DNA of 64,000 nucleotides, taken from positions 10,656 through 74,655 of the IMG/VR virus record IMGVR_UViG_2903109678_000002; one strand, given 5' to 3'. Shown here in pieces: positions 49,251 to 58,935 of the stretch. Source of the stretch: a virus. Taxonomy: Duplodnaviria; Caudoviricetes. The position numbers and the translations under genes are program-made. The notes beneath the pieces are model-generated. The model ran no database searches, was not told the origin of the DNA, and was given only the letters and a program-made list of their open reading frames with translations. The first letter of the stretch is position 1. Each line of letters begins with the position of its first letter.

Positions 49251-49493
49251 TTATTCCCCGCGTATTACTGCCTTGCCTTCACCGGCCGCTTTTTCAATGG
49301 CTCGGGTTTGACGGCGCTGAAAGTAAAAATTTGTGAAGAAAGTGGCTATACCGAGCACGATGCCGATAACCACCGCGATCTGATTCCAGTCAAGGTCATG
49401 AATCCATTGCGACACACTGCCTCCACAAACAAGTGCGCCGGACACGCAGTAACTGACTGCGGAAGCAATTTTGTCAGGCATGATTTTTACCAT
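49251..49493 (-). CDS. Holin
   Basis: Two hydrophobic segments, DWNQIAV, basic C-terminus; precedes endolysin. Confidence 0.85.
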   Translation of the reverse strand: MVKIMPDKIASAVSYCVSGALVCGGSVSQWIHDLDWNQIAVVIGIVLGIATFFTNFYFQRRQTRAIEKAAGEGKAVIRGE

Positions 49494-49734
49494 TTGGTCA
49501 CCTCCGGTTGTCCGGTTGGTGCTGTTGTAGTCAGAAACCCCGAATCTACGAGGATAAGAAGCGCCAGCAGCGCAAAGAACTTTTCACCACATCGGGAAAG
49601 ACACTTAACGTTGTTGCAGCAAAGCCCACGCGCCAGCAGATGCCGGTGAGTGACAGTGTCTTTGGGGTTGTGGAGAGGGCATAAAAAAACCCCGCAAGAT
49701 GCGAGGCAAGATGGTAAGTTCCGAGTCTTAGAGA

Positions 49735-49775
49735 CCACTCTTATCACAATACACTGTAATTTGCGTACGCGTTAG
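49735..49775 (-). promoter_or_regulatory. Late promoter pR' / Q-binding region
   Basis: AACGCGTACGCA...GTGTATTGTGATAAGAGTGGTC, followed by a tR'-like hairpin plus T-tract at ~49683-49705. Confidence 0.5.
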
Positions 49776-49826
49776 CTCTTATGTAAAATTTTCACAACTA
49801 ACTAGACCTTACATGGATTAAATAAA

Positions 49827-50396
49827 ATGGAAATAATAAAGTACCTTATACCTTTGATAACTTTCCTCCTCGGGATGCTTTTAACTCCGTATATTGAAGG
49901 ATTAAAAGAAAAAAGGAAGAATAGAATACTAAAAGATAACATTTGGATCGAGCTACATGATGAGCTGATAAACCTAAAGGGCTCTATAAAAGAAACAGAC
50001 AAAAACATTTCATTTAGAAAAAATAAAATAGAAAAACTCCAGTATTTGAACCTACCTCAAGAAATAGAGCTCCTCATTCTAAGTGATAAATTGAAAGAGA
50101 TTTACCCATATCTGACTCGAGAGCAAAGACTAGCATGTAAGACACTAATAAAACTACAAGACTCAATAAATGAAAAGCGAGAAGAAGTGATTAAAAATTA
50201 TTTGGGGAGTAATAGTAGATGCCAAAGGCTTGAAGAAGCAATGCTTAAAGAAAAACTATCGATGTATTATTTAATTAATCAATTAATACATTCTAAAGAC
50301 AAGTTCACTCGCCCAACTGAAAGCAATGATCACTTAATTCTTAAAGCTGCAGCGTCTCTCGACATACAAAACAAACCATCTCGAACAAATAATTAA
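49827..50396 (+). CDS. AT-rich membrane-anchored hypothetical protein (moron)
   Basis: 189 aa; N-terminal hydrophobic helix, helical charged body; antisense to phage genes; hairpin GCACCCA/TGGGTGC downstream. Confidence 0.75.
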   Translation: MEIIKYLIPLITFLLGMLLTPYIEGLKEKRKNRILKDNIWIELHDELINLKGSIKETDKNISFRKNKIEKLQYLNLPQEIELLILSDKLKEIYPYLTREQRLACKTLIKLQDSINEKREEVIKNYLGSNSRCQRLEEAMLKEKLSMYYLINQLIHSKDKFTRPTESNDHLILKAAASLDIQNKPSRTNN

Positions 50397-50423
50397 AGCA
50401 CCCAGTTAATGGGTGCCTATATT

Positions 50424-50768
50424 TTATATCATCATACATAGACACCCATCAACAAAACCCATTGCTGCCTGCAACTCTTTTCTTATCGTACCATCTGAAC
50501 ATTTTCTTTTCTTAGCGATAGTTCTTAATGAGGCTCCAACAACAAAATGGGCAATAAGCAAATCATGCTCTTGAGATTTATATTTTTTTAGTTTAGCAAT
50601 ACATCTGTCAATCATAATGCCTTCATCATCATCTGATTGCACCCTCGACCGTCTGCTGTGTGGTAAAAGCCCTTTAAATCCAGCCGCAATTGGTTGCCAA
50701 TCGACGCCGCTATTCTCTGAAGCAGCCCAAGCACCCCAACGCTCTAATACCTGTGACATGTCACGCAT
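50424..50768 (-). CDS. Late antitermination protein Q
   Basis: MRDMSQVLERWGAWAA...IAAGFKGLLP...DDEG...CSDGTIRK. Confidence 0.92.
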   Translation of the reverse strand: MRDMSQVLERWGAWAASENSGVDWQPIAAGFKGLLPHSRRSRVQSDDDEGIMIDRCIAKLKKYKSQEHDLLIAHFVVGASLRTIAKKRKCSDGTIRKELQAAMGFVDGCLCMMI

Positions 50769-50786
50769 AATTATTCCCCACACTCA

Positions 50787-51356
50787 TTATTTTTTATCAG
50801 TCCCGAGCACGCCCACTGCAAAGACATGATCGAGAAATCGCGCCACCAGCTCTAACTGGCTTCCGTGTTTATCTTCAAACGTTGTTACGTCCGCATGCAG
50901 TTCATCGTGATGCGCTCTGCAAAGCGGTATCACGAATATGTCATGCGCCTTTGTTGCCATACCGCCAAGGCCGTAGCCGATGACGTGATGGGGATCATCA
51001 GCTTGCTTGCCACAACACATACAGGGCTGAGTCTTTACCCATCGGGTGTACTTCTCATTTTCCCAGCGGCGGCGCTTAGGCCGCAGCATGAAGGATTCTG
51101 GTGATTCAGGGTCAACTTTTAGGGTCGTCACTGTGGAAAACGCGCCAGCAGCTACGTAATCGGGTATTTCTGCGCTATCGCCAATCGAAACGGCGTTATC
51201 CGGAATCTGACCAGATGGCAAATGCGCTAGGCATGTAGGCGCGGGTGATACCAGAACGCGGCCACGAAATAGCGGCAAGAGGTTTGGCCCCGGTTTAAAC
51301 AGCACTATCCCCAGCTTTGGAGAAAGCTCAGGTGTCAGTATCGCCTTCACAGTCAC
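50787..51356 (-). CDS. DUF968/YdfU-like HNH protein (short form)
   Basis: LRPKRRRWEN.KY..WVK.QPC.CCG..ADDPHH...AHD.FVIPLCR.HHDELH. Confidence 0.8.
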   Translation of the reverse strand: MTVKAILTPELSPKLGIVLFKPGPNLLPLFRGRVLVSPAPTCLAHLPSGQIPDNAVSIGDSAEIPDYVAAGAFSTVTTLKVDPESPESFMLRPKRRRWENEKYTRWVKTQPCMCCGKQADDPHHVIGYGLGGMATKAHDIFVIPLCRAHHDELHADVTTFEDKHGSQLELVARFLDHVFAVGVLGTDKK

Positions 51357-51357
51357 C

Positions 51358-52137
51358 TCAGCACACGTTATCTAACAGGCGAAGCAACTCGGGGAATTTT
51401 GACTCGAAGAAATGCGGCTGTGTTTCCCGTGGATTAGCCGGGCTGGTGATGTTCTTCCCGTACAAGCAGCCTTTTGAGGTAAGCGACCAGAACGATTTAA
51501 CCCCGCCAGGACCGGACTTGCTGTTACGCGTTTTATGCTCAGCAATCCCCAAGCGCACCAGTTGATGATAAACGCTGTTCGCCGTCACTCTCATACCATT
51601 GGCTTTCAGCAAAGCACTCAGTGACTGTGTGGGCCTGCTTGAGCCGTCCACAGCGTCTGCCGGGGCATCAATGGCGTAACTCGGCATCAGGTTTGGCAAG
51701 CCTGCGACCTGCTGAAGCTTCTGGAAAGCGCCGAGCTTAGATGAGTTGGACAGGTTGAGTAGCTTTGAAGCTGACTCCAGCAGGATAACACCTGCCTGAA
51801 TACGATCTGCCACTACAGGGTTGCTGGAAGAGCCCTGGCTAATGAGCGCATCAAAGGTGCGGATCACTTTGAGGTTGAAGGCGGGACTGATCCACATGGC
51901 ATACGAGTAGACCAGCTCTTTGCATACGAACGTCCCCTGATTGCTGCCACCTTTCACGACCGTTACGGGAATTCCCGTATCGCTCAGTAAATCGACAACC
52001 TCTTTGGTCTGCTTGAGGCGCAGCCAGTCATGCGGGTCATTGCGGCGTTCTGCGCCAGCGGCTTTATGAAGATCATTAAGGCAATAACGGCCAGCGTTGT
52101 CCTGACGTACAGGTACGCTATCAATCACTAGATTCAT
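51358..52137 (-). CDS. KilA-N domain protein (antirepressor-like)
   Basis: GRYCLNDLHKAAG...QGTFVCKELVYSYAMWISPAFNLKVIRTFD; C-terminal FWSLT.KG..YGKN. Confidence 0.9.
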   Translation of the reverse strand: MNLVIDSVPVRQDNAGRYCLNDLHKAAGAERRNDPHDWLRLKQTKEVVDLLSDTGIPVTVVKGGSNQGTFVCKELVYSYAMWISPAFNLKVIRTFDALISQGSSSNPVVADRIQAGVILLESASKLLNLSNSSKLGAFQKLQQVAGLPNLMPSYAIDAPADAVDGSSRPTQSLSALLKANGMRVTANSVYHQLVRLGIAEHKTRNSKSGPGGVKSFWSLTSKGCLYGKNITSPANPRETQPHFFESKFPELLRLLDNVC

Positions 52138-52716
52138 ATTGGTGCTCCACACTCGTTTTTATCCGGCCTCGCCTCTTCGTCTGCAAACAAACGAGGCCTA
52201 CCTTTGCGCCAGCGACTGCAATCACTGGATGCGTATACATATTAACGGGTAACCACCCTTTAACCAAGACTGGTCATGGCATTTTCTCACCATCGGATGG
52301 TAAGATTCTCACATCGGCTTAACACCTAGGTGTCCAGTATCTTCATCCCGTTAATGTGGTACTCTCTAAAATGCTCGTCAATGGTTTGAAAAGTGAATGC
52401 GCCAATGTCAGCTTTGAGCCAGAAGCGGCTAGTAAGCCCAAAGGGAAATATCGGTTAATACTGCAACTTGTAGTACAAAAATTATATGTTTATCGAATTA
52501 AAAATGAATATGGCATCTACTCAACGCACAGGCACTAAAGGTAAGGGGTTTTCGTATTCTGCCTCCTTTACTAAACATTAGGAATTTGAGCTATGTGTAT
52601 GAGATGGTGAAGTTTGAGGTAAGTTAAAGGATTCAACGCAGCCTTGCTGGTCCGGGTTCTAAAAAACGAGAGAAGCCGGAATCAAGACTGAATGCTAACA
52701 GTAGCCATCAATCAAC

Positions 52717-53829
52717 ATGGAGATAGGTTTTATGGCAGTGGAAAATCCAGAAGGACTCAAAAAATTCCTTCATGAGCTAAAAGAAGATACGCCCTCAAGC
52801 CCAATATCAGTGCGAGATTTTATAAGCTTGTTTGGCGCCGAACGCCGAGGATACATGGTTGCGTACAAAATTCGCAAAGAATTAGAAAACTTAGGTTTTA
52901 TAACCAAACCTGATTTTGATAGTGTCCCGCTGGATTCAAAAATTACTATTCATGCATATCAAGCAAATGACGCAATACCTCACGAAGCAGATGGATGCTT
53001 AGACGAAGCGGCCGAATCAAGTAATACTGAATTAGCTGCGCTTGAAACAGGACTTCTGCCGCAAGATCAATTAATTTCCGGTGCAGTTTCCGAGCCAGCC
53101 TTCCGAGTTAGCCGACTCGAAGCATCAGATGTTACATTAGTGACGGTAAAACCTGATGCTACATTAACAGAAGCCATCACATTGATGCTACGTCATGACT
53201 ACTCTCAGTTACCTGTAATGACCAGTGAGCGAGATGTGAAAGGTGTTATTAGTTGGGAAAGCATTGCTCCAGTTCTGGCGTTGACCAAATCCGAATCGGC
53301 AGTTGTGAGAAATTATATGAAGCCGCACAGGGAAATAAACGCCAGCGACTCTATTTTTACCGCACTCCCTAGAATAATTGAATACTCTTATGTATTAGTG
53401 CGCTCTCCTGATCAAAGAATAAGTGGAATTATAACAACTACCGATCTTAGCTCTCAGTTCAAACAGTTGTCAGAGCCTTTCCTTTTACTATCTGAAATTG
53501 AAAACCATATTCGTAAGTTGATAGATGGAAAATTTACGAAGGATGAGCTTGTTAGCATCGTCAACCCATCTGATAGTGGCAGGGTTATTGATTCGGTCGC
53601 AGATTTAACCTTTGGGGAATATATCAGGCTTTTCGAAAACCCAGATTTGTGGAAAAAAACCGAACTTCAAATAGATAAGAAAACTTTTATCAAAGAACTC
53701 GATAAGGTTAGGATAATTCGTAACGATGTGATGCACTTTGATCCAGATGGTATATCAGAGGAAAATCATGAACTTCTTCACAACTTTGTAAGATTTATCC
53801 ACACTATACAAAGCTTATCGAGGAAATGA
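52717..53829 (+). CDS. CBS-pair protein with C-terminal HEPN-like domain (moron)
   Basis: VKPDATLTEAITLM..DYSQLPV...GVISW; GIITTTDL; then EIENHIRKLI...LTFGEYI...W...RIIRNDVMHF (Rx4H). Confidence 0.8.
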   Translation: MEIGFMAVENPEGLKKFLHELKEDTPSSPISVRDFISLFGAERRGYMVAYKIRKELENLGFITKPDFDSVPLDSKITIHAYQANDAIPHEADGCLDEAAESSNTELAALETGLLPQDQLISGAVSEPAFRVSRLEASDVTLVTVKPDATLTEAITLMLRHDYSQLPVMTSERDVKGVISWESIAPVLALTKSESAVVRNYMKPHREINASDSIFTALPRIIEYSYVLVRSPDQRISGIITTTDLSSQFKQLSEPFLLLSEIENHIRKLIDGKFTKDELVSIVNPSDSGRVIDSVADLTFGEYIRLFENPDLWKKTELQIDKKTFIKELDKVRIIRNDVMHFDPDGISEENHELLHNFVRFIHTIQSLSRK

Positions 53830-54040
53830 GATCGGTGCATGTGACATAATTTGCAAAAACTGCCACATTGAACACAAAGAAGCTGCAAATAAGATACGGA
53901 TTGAGTGAGCCTAATCTAATCCTCTGAAAAGGATAGGCTCACCCTGCTTCGTGTTGTGGTAGCTAATCACCACACATGGTTAGATACAATGAACTGACAG
54001 GCGATCTCTCAAAGATATTAATGGTTAAGCTGGTCAGACA

Positions 54041-55339
54041 TTATTCGCCCTCCCTTATGCCGGGAATACACACCTGCGCACGCTGGTTGTTGATTGCGAA
54101 ACGAAGTTCACGGATGTTGTAACCAGACTTCCGGTCAATCCTATCCATTAGCGCCAGCATTTCTTCCAGCGGCATATCGTCTTCTGATGCGACCGTTACA
54201 AAGCGCTCAGTAACTTCATTCAGAGCAGGATCATCCTGATAGTTATTAGCAACCCATGCCGCGATACTTTCCCGGACCGAGTGCTGCTTCTTGAAGCTGA
54301 CCGCTTTCGCGATGGTATCTGCCGGTATGGCGAGAAACTCGGGATTCTCTATCCCGTCCGCCGCCCAGGTATGCGCATATTTTGATTCAGCGTATGAGTA
54401 GGCCTCTTTGTCACCGAACGCGGCAACTGCACAGGCCAGCACTGCCAGGCCACTCTCTGCGAGCATGTCACCACGCAGCAGCGGCAGCTTTGCTTCAAGT
54501 TCTGCTTCAGGCACTTCATGTGAAGGCCTGGACTCCCCAGCAAGCTGAGCAAACTCAGCCAGTATCTGATTTACCTCGTTCTCAATTTCAGGGATTAACT
54601 CAAGTGCCGATCCTTCTCCGTGCGGGAAAACTTCAGCATTGGCTAACAGCTCCACCAGCCGCCGCGCTTTGGCCGCGCTGATTTGAGGCATCGCAGCGGC
54701 GCGGGTCAGCTTCTTCTTGCCGCTGGCTTTGGCCTTCTCCAGTTGGGTTTTGGCTACAATTTCAGCCTTAGCGCCATGCTCACGCACCATTGCAACGGCG
54801 GTCGTCGCAGCGACTTCACCAGTCTTAACCATAGCGATCAGGCCATCACCCACGGTGAGCAGTTGCAGGTGGTGATCGACGTCTGCCACAGAGCGTTTTA
54901 CCTTCTTCGCAATCTCGGCTGGCTCCCAGCCTTGGTTCATCATGCGCTGGTAGGCTGCGGCTCGTTCTAGCGGCTCCAGTGCGCGCCCTTGGCTGCTTGT
55001 AACCATGAAGGCGATGCGGTCAGCCTCGCTACCCACGAAGTCTTTGCACTCCAGGCGGATTTCATGTCCGGCTTCCTGCGCCAGCAACGCCCCGTAATAG
55101 CGGTGGTGACCGTCGATAATCTTGATGCCCTGCTCTGTCACCTGCACGGCCAGCGGAGGAATGTGCTCACCGGCAATGAACGCATCACGGAATTCTTCAA
55201 CGTGGGTCTGGTCAATCTCACGAACGTTGTAACCCGGCTCTACGTACAGCTCGCTCACGCCCAGCAGATAGGTTTTGCGGGTGGTGATGTTGGTATCAGT
55301 CGCGTCTTTGTCTTTGTAAACCAGTGATAACGTAGTCAT
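54041..55339 (-). CDS. ParB-like N-terminal domain phage protein
   Basis: GYNVRE...IPPLAV...IIDGHHRY...SSQG..LEPLERA..Y, HTH. Confidence 0.85.
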   Translation of the reverse strand: MTTLSLVYKDKDATDTNITTRKTYLLGVSELYVEPGYNVREIDQTHVEEFRDAFIAGEHIPPLAVQVTEQGIKIIDGHHRYYGALLAQEAGHEIRLECKDFVGSEADRIAFMVTSSQGRALEPLERAAAYQRMMNQGWEPAEIAKKVKRSVADVDHHLQLLTVGDGLIAMVKTGEVAATTAVAMVREHGAKAEIVAKTQLEKAKASGKKKLTRAAAMPQISAAKARRLVELLANAEVFPHGEGSALELIPEIENEVNQILAEFAQLAGESRPSHEVPEAELEAKLPLLRGDMLAESGLAVLACAVAAFGDKEAYSYAESKYAHTWAADGIENPEFLAIPADTIAKAVSFKKQHSVRESIAAWVANNYQDDPALNEVTERFVTVASEDDMPLEEMLALMDRIDRKSGYNIRELRFAINNQRAQVCIPGIREGE

Positions 55340-55458
55340 TTGGTTGCCAGCTCCCATGCCAGAATAATAATCAGGGTGATAATCATCAAAACTGCTGTCG
55401 GGATAGCCCGGTAGAAAATCTCATGTCGTTCAAAGTGCTGCTTCAGTGCTGTTTTCAT
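55336..55458 (-). CDS. 40-aa membrane peptide
   Basis: MKTALKQHFERHEIFYRAIPTAVLMIITLIIILAWELATK; ATGA overlap with the next gene; below the ORF-track length cutoff. Confidence 0.6.
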   Translation of the reverse strand: MKTALKQHFERHEIFYRAIPTAVLMIITLIIILAWELATK

Positions 55459-55460
55459 CG

Positions 55461-55880
55461 TTACCAGTCCAGTTCCATCACGCCGCAGTAAGCGCCAGCC
55501 ACGTAGCCAGTGTTGGTTACACCGACCTTCCCCATTTCGCAGCAGACAGACTGCCGCTTGTAGGCTTTTTGCCTGAGCGCGGCGCTGTCAGCGGACCAGA
55601 ACGCTTCACTCCAGACCGTTGCAGCTCTGCGCCAAAGGCAGCGGCTCTCTAGGTTTTCAGCTTGAGCCTGGAGAGCGCGGAATACCGGGTTGCTGTCCGG
55701 GGCTGGCATGACCGCGTAGTAACGGTGGTGCTCGTCGCCGAAGATATCGCCCAGCTCGTAGCTCTGGTTAATGGCCCGTAGCGTCACCCAGCGGTCAAGC
55801 CCCAGTGCTTTGCTAATTTGCCCGGTGGTCAGGCCCGGATGCGCGGCGACGAAATCAAACACAGCTTGCTTGTTAGTCAT
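55461..55880 (-). CDS. PerC-family protein with N-terminal wHTH
   Basis: AENLESRCLWRRAATVW. Confidence 0.8.
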   Translation of the reverse strand: MTNKQAVFDFVAAHPGLTTGQISKALGLDRWVTLRAINQSYELGDIFGDEHHRYYAVMPAPDSNPVFRALQAQAENLESRCLWRRAATVWSEAFWSADSAALRQKAYKRQSVCCEMGKVGVTNTGYVAGAYCGVMELDW

Positions 55881-55891
55881 GGTGCCTCCGC

Positions 55892-56818
55892 TCAGTCACA
55901 CCTGAACCCGACAGGGTCAGAGTAGGTTTCAGGGATATCCGTGATGCTGCGTGCTGCTGGCTGGGCGCTCAGCTTGAGGGACAGTTCATCCCACTTATCA
56001 CGCAGCTTTGACGGGCTGAGAACGTTGCGACACCAGAACGGGTCACGCTGTACGCGGCCAAATAACTCGCAAATCTGGCGGTGGCTGCGGCCATCACGGC
56101 TGCACATCAGGCGGACTTCGTTAGCCCAGTCTGTCCAGTTCGGCTCTCTCGGCTTGCTGATTTCGCCATCGGATTCGGCAGCTTTTTCGTACATCGCAGC
56201 GATGCGGGACCAAATCCACTCAGCACAGCGAAGGTCTTCAGCAGAGCCCCATTGACGTTTTGAACGATTAGACACGGCAGCATCAGGATGAAAATCACCT
56301 GTTTCGTCAGGTTGCGGAGCGACCGGACTAAGAGGTTTTTTATCTGATGGATCATGTTTTGAATTTACTAACGGATCGTCGCCAGATTCTGGCGGGTCAA
56401 AACTCACTTTTTTGGTGGATTTTGACGGGTCAAATTTTGATGCGTCAGAATTTGATGCACCAGATTTTGATGTGTCAGATTTTGACGTGTCAGAATCTGA
56501 TGCGTCAGAATCTGCCATGTGAGCGGCAGCAGCTTCGCGCAGCTTTTTGACGTTCAGCTGATACATGTTCGAGGTGTTGCGGTTGCCTTTGCGGCGGGTG
56601 GTGGTGGTTAGCCAGCCGTCAGCTTCAAGCTTACGGATAGCTGTGCGCACGGTACTCGCGCCAGCACCAATCTGACGGGCAATGGTGGCAATTGAAGGCC
56701 AGCAAACGCCTTCATCGCTTGAGAAGTCCGCAAGGCGAGCCATGATGACCACGCTTGAAAGCTTCAGACCTGCGGACGCACAACCGTCCCAGACATATGC
56801 AGATAATTTAACGCTCAT
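55892..56818 (-). CDS. Replication initiator (O-like, N-terminal HTH)
   Basis: MARLADFSSDEGVCWPSIATIARQIG; WANEVRLM...FWCRNVLSPSKLR. Confidence 0.9.
   Translation of the reverse strand: MSVKLSAYVWDGCASAGLKLSSVVIMARLADFSSDEGVCWPSIATIARQIGAGASTVRTAIRKLEADGWLTTTTRRKGNRNTSNMYQLNVKKLREAAAAHMADSDASDSDTSKSDTSKSGASNSDASKFDPSKSTKKVSFDPPESGDDPLVNSKHDPSDKKPLSPVAPQPDETGDFHPDAAVSNRSKRQWGSAEDLRCAEWIWSRIAAMYEKAAESDGEISKPREPNWTDWANEVRLMCSRDGRSHRQICELFGRVQRDPFWCRNVLSPSKLRDKWDELSLKLSAQPAARSITDIPETYSDPVGFRCD
56418..56514. repeat. 15-bp iteron-like repeats (probable phage origin)
   Basis: About six units of GAwTyTGAyGnGTCA inside the initiator gene. Confidence 0.75.
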
Positions 56819-57032
56819 CAGGTGCCTCTATCTCTCGAAAGTAACGCTGGAACTGGTCGAGAGGGGTAAAGCACTCGCCGTGTTCGTAGCCTGTACGCAG
56901 GTAAATAACTCGGTTGCTTTCAGGCTCCCATCTGATGACTCTGACGGGGATGCCACGCTTATCGGTGAACCATCGGTCAAGTTCTCGCACTGATTTGACT
57001 CCATGCGGTTGATGAAATCGCCCACAGTCCAC
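56808..57032 (-). CDS. DUF4222-like protein
   Basis: DKRGIPVRVIRWE...RVIYLR.GYEH.ECF.PL.QF.R.F; start uncertain. Confidence 0.7.
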   Translation of the reverse strand: MDCGRFHQPHGVKSVRELDRWFTDKRGIPVRVIRWEPESNRVIYLRTGYEHGECFTPLDQFQRYFREIEAPDER

Positions 57033-57180
57033 TCGGCGAAGCTGTGGTTCACCTCAGCTCTGCATCCTGGTAGATTGAGTTCATAGCAATACGCAGCGTT
57101 GCGGCCACGTAATGGCAGGCACCGCAATTGCGGTTGGTAGGCTTTGTTGGTTACAATAGACATGCGATTAATCTCCACAC

Positions 57181-57717
57181 TCATGGCGTTACATCGCGAA
57201 CCGAGCGCTCTGGGCTGCAACCCGGAGCGTTCACCTTTTCAGGCTGGCAAAAAACGCGGTACAGCAGCGTTGAATGCTCCTGAAGCTTCACGATGGACAG
57301 ATATAACTGGTCCTCAATTCGGTTTCTCTCCTCGTTATCAATCACGCCATCTTCGATAGATTTGCGAACTTCGAGTGAGTAAGCGCTGATCTGTTCCAGG
57401 GCTTCGAGTAGCCGCTGATTAATATCGCCGTTATCCACCTCTTCAGCTTCCGTCAGTGGGACGTTAACGCTATGGGACTGACGTGATACCGCATCTGCTA
57501 TGAGCTTTTTGCCGCTTGCGTTCTGAAGCACCATCGCCCAGCCGAAAGGAAATATCTGGTCGCCATCAACTCGCAGGCGATTGAATAGCGCATTCTCGGT
57601 AACTCCCAACCAGTCGGCCGCTTCGGCATATCCACCAGGCAATTCGGTGATTGTTTTTTTAATGGCGGTCACAAGCCATGCAGGCTGGCGCTCTACTTGC
57701 CATTCAGGTTTACCCAC
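57181..57717 (-). CDS. YmfL-family CII-position regulator
   Basis: LPGGYAEAA.WLGVTENALFNRLR.DGDQIFP; GTG start with AGGAG RBS. Confidence 0.85.
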   Translation of the reverse strand: MGKPEWQVERQPAWLVTAIKKTITELPGGYAEAADWLGVTENALFNRLRVDGDQIFPFGWAMVLQNASGKKLIADAVSRQSHSVNVPLTEAEEVDNGDINQRLLEALEQISAYSLEVRKSIEDGVIDNEERNRIEDQLYLSIVKLQEHSTLLYRVFCQPEKVNAPGCSPERSVRDVTP

Positions 57718-57745
57718 GGTATCTCTCCTTTCGCTGTGGTTAATC

Positions 57746-57979
57746 TCATGCCGCATGTGAGTTACTTTTATCGCTGGCGGAATCGGCGTTTAGTGATGCG
57801 AGTATTTCGTCTGTGGATATCTGCCCGCCCGTCGCCTTGCTAAGTGCAGGTATGTGCTTGGCACGAATGCCGCCACCGAAAAGCCATTTATGGACCGCTG
57901 ATTGATCGACCCCGACAAGCCTTGCTAATTTGGACTGTGAGCCAGCTATGCGAATAGCTTTCTTGATGGCTAGGTTCAT
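57746..57979 (-). CDS. cro: Cro-like repressor
   Basis: AI..AGSQSKLARLVGVDQSAVHKW HTH; divergent from cI. Confidence 0.88.
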   Translation of the reverse strand: MNLAIKKAIRIAGSQSKLARLVGVDQSAVHKWLFGGGIRAKHIPALSKATGGQISTDEILASLNADSASDKSNSHAA

Positions 57980-57991
57980 GATTAAACCCCT

Positions 57992-58079
57992 ATGACTTTG
58001 GAAAACCGATTATGACTTGAGGAATAGATAAAGGCAATGACTTTGGGAATTTGACGGGCAATTACTTAGCGAATACTTT
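57992..58079. promoter_or_regulatory. OR region: four 14-bp operators with divergent pR/pRM
   Basis: ATGACTTTGGAAAA 57992, ATGACTTGAGGAAT 58012, ATGACTTTGGGAAT 58037, ATTACTTAGCGAAT 58061; minus TTGCCT-17-CATAAT; plus TTGACG-17-TACTTT. Confidence 0.75.
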
Positions 58080-58085
58080 GCTCTT

Positions 58086-58682
58086 ATGAAAAAATTATCT
58101 GACCGACTTAAGCATGCTATGCAGGAATCTGGGGTGCTTTCTCAGAGCGAACTTGCTCGGATTTCTGGCGTACAGCAATCCATCATTTCTAAAATTCTTT
58201 CTGGTAAAAACGAGACTTCAAAGTATTCGCACAAGATTGCGGCAGCGCTGGGGATTAGTGCCGACTGGCTGATCAATGGAAGCGGAAAGATAAAAGGTGA
58301 AAACGCTTCTGCTTATGAAGCTATTGATGCCTCAAAATTAGTGAGCGTGTGGGATGCTAGCGGCGACACAGGCGATCTTGTGACATGGCCGGAGTCTCTT
58401 CCTAAGAGATTCAGAGCTTATGTAATGGCGAAAAACACAGGTATTGCTGAAGCGCCTATCAACTCAGTTGTTGTAGTTGACCCTGAAGCAAGACCGCAGA
58501 ACAATGACTTGGTGGTAACTTTAATCTCAGGGCTCATTTCTACTCACCGCTTCTTAGAGGGGCCGAGTGTCCTGGGCTTTTTGGCTGTTGATGACTCACG
58601 TATTCCCTTGTCTGAGGTCACAGACATGTCTGTAATTGTAGGAGTTGTTGAGCAGGTATTCGTGCGATCACTTCGCAGATAA
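58086..58682 (+). CDS. cI: CI-like repressor (HTH + degenerate S24 domain)
   Basis: LSDRLK.AM...SQSELAR.SGV.QS.ISKI.SG...IAAALGISADWL..G.G. Confidence 0.9.
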   Translation: MKKLSDRLKHAMQESGVLSQSELARISGVQQSIISKILSGKNETSKYSHKIAAALGISADWLINGSGKIKGENASAYEAIDASKLVSVWDASGDTGDLVTWPESLPKRFRAYVMAKNTGIAEAPINSVVVVDPEARPQNNDLVVTLISGLISTHRFLEGPSVLGFLAVDDSRIPLSEVTDMSVIVGVVEQVFVRSLRR

Positions 58683-58872
58683 ACCACCACTGAATCATCA
58701 ATGCACTCCCTGTAAAATTGGCCCAACTGATTCTTTCTAAACAGAAAACCCATAAAGCACCGCCACAGATTTTTTTCGATAAACCGCCTATTCATCAATA
58801 CCACTGTATAAATATATAGTAAATTATCCGATAAGGCTAAAGTAAATTTTTACATTTAGCCTAACGGCCCCT

Positions 58873-58935
58873 ATTCCCCATGTCATAAAATTTCCACAAC
58901 CTTCCGTTGACTATGATTATTACTTGGGTCATAGT
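58873..58935 (+). promoter_or_regulatory. OL operators and pL promoter
   Basis: ATTCCCCATGTCAT 58873 and ATTACTTGGGTCAT 58919 match the OR consensus; TTGACT-17-CATAGT. Confidence 0.7.

Noticed and set aside
50787-51356. Short DUF968 gene as a novel nuclease
   Set aside because: Looks like an internally shortened member of a common nin-region family.
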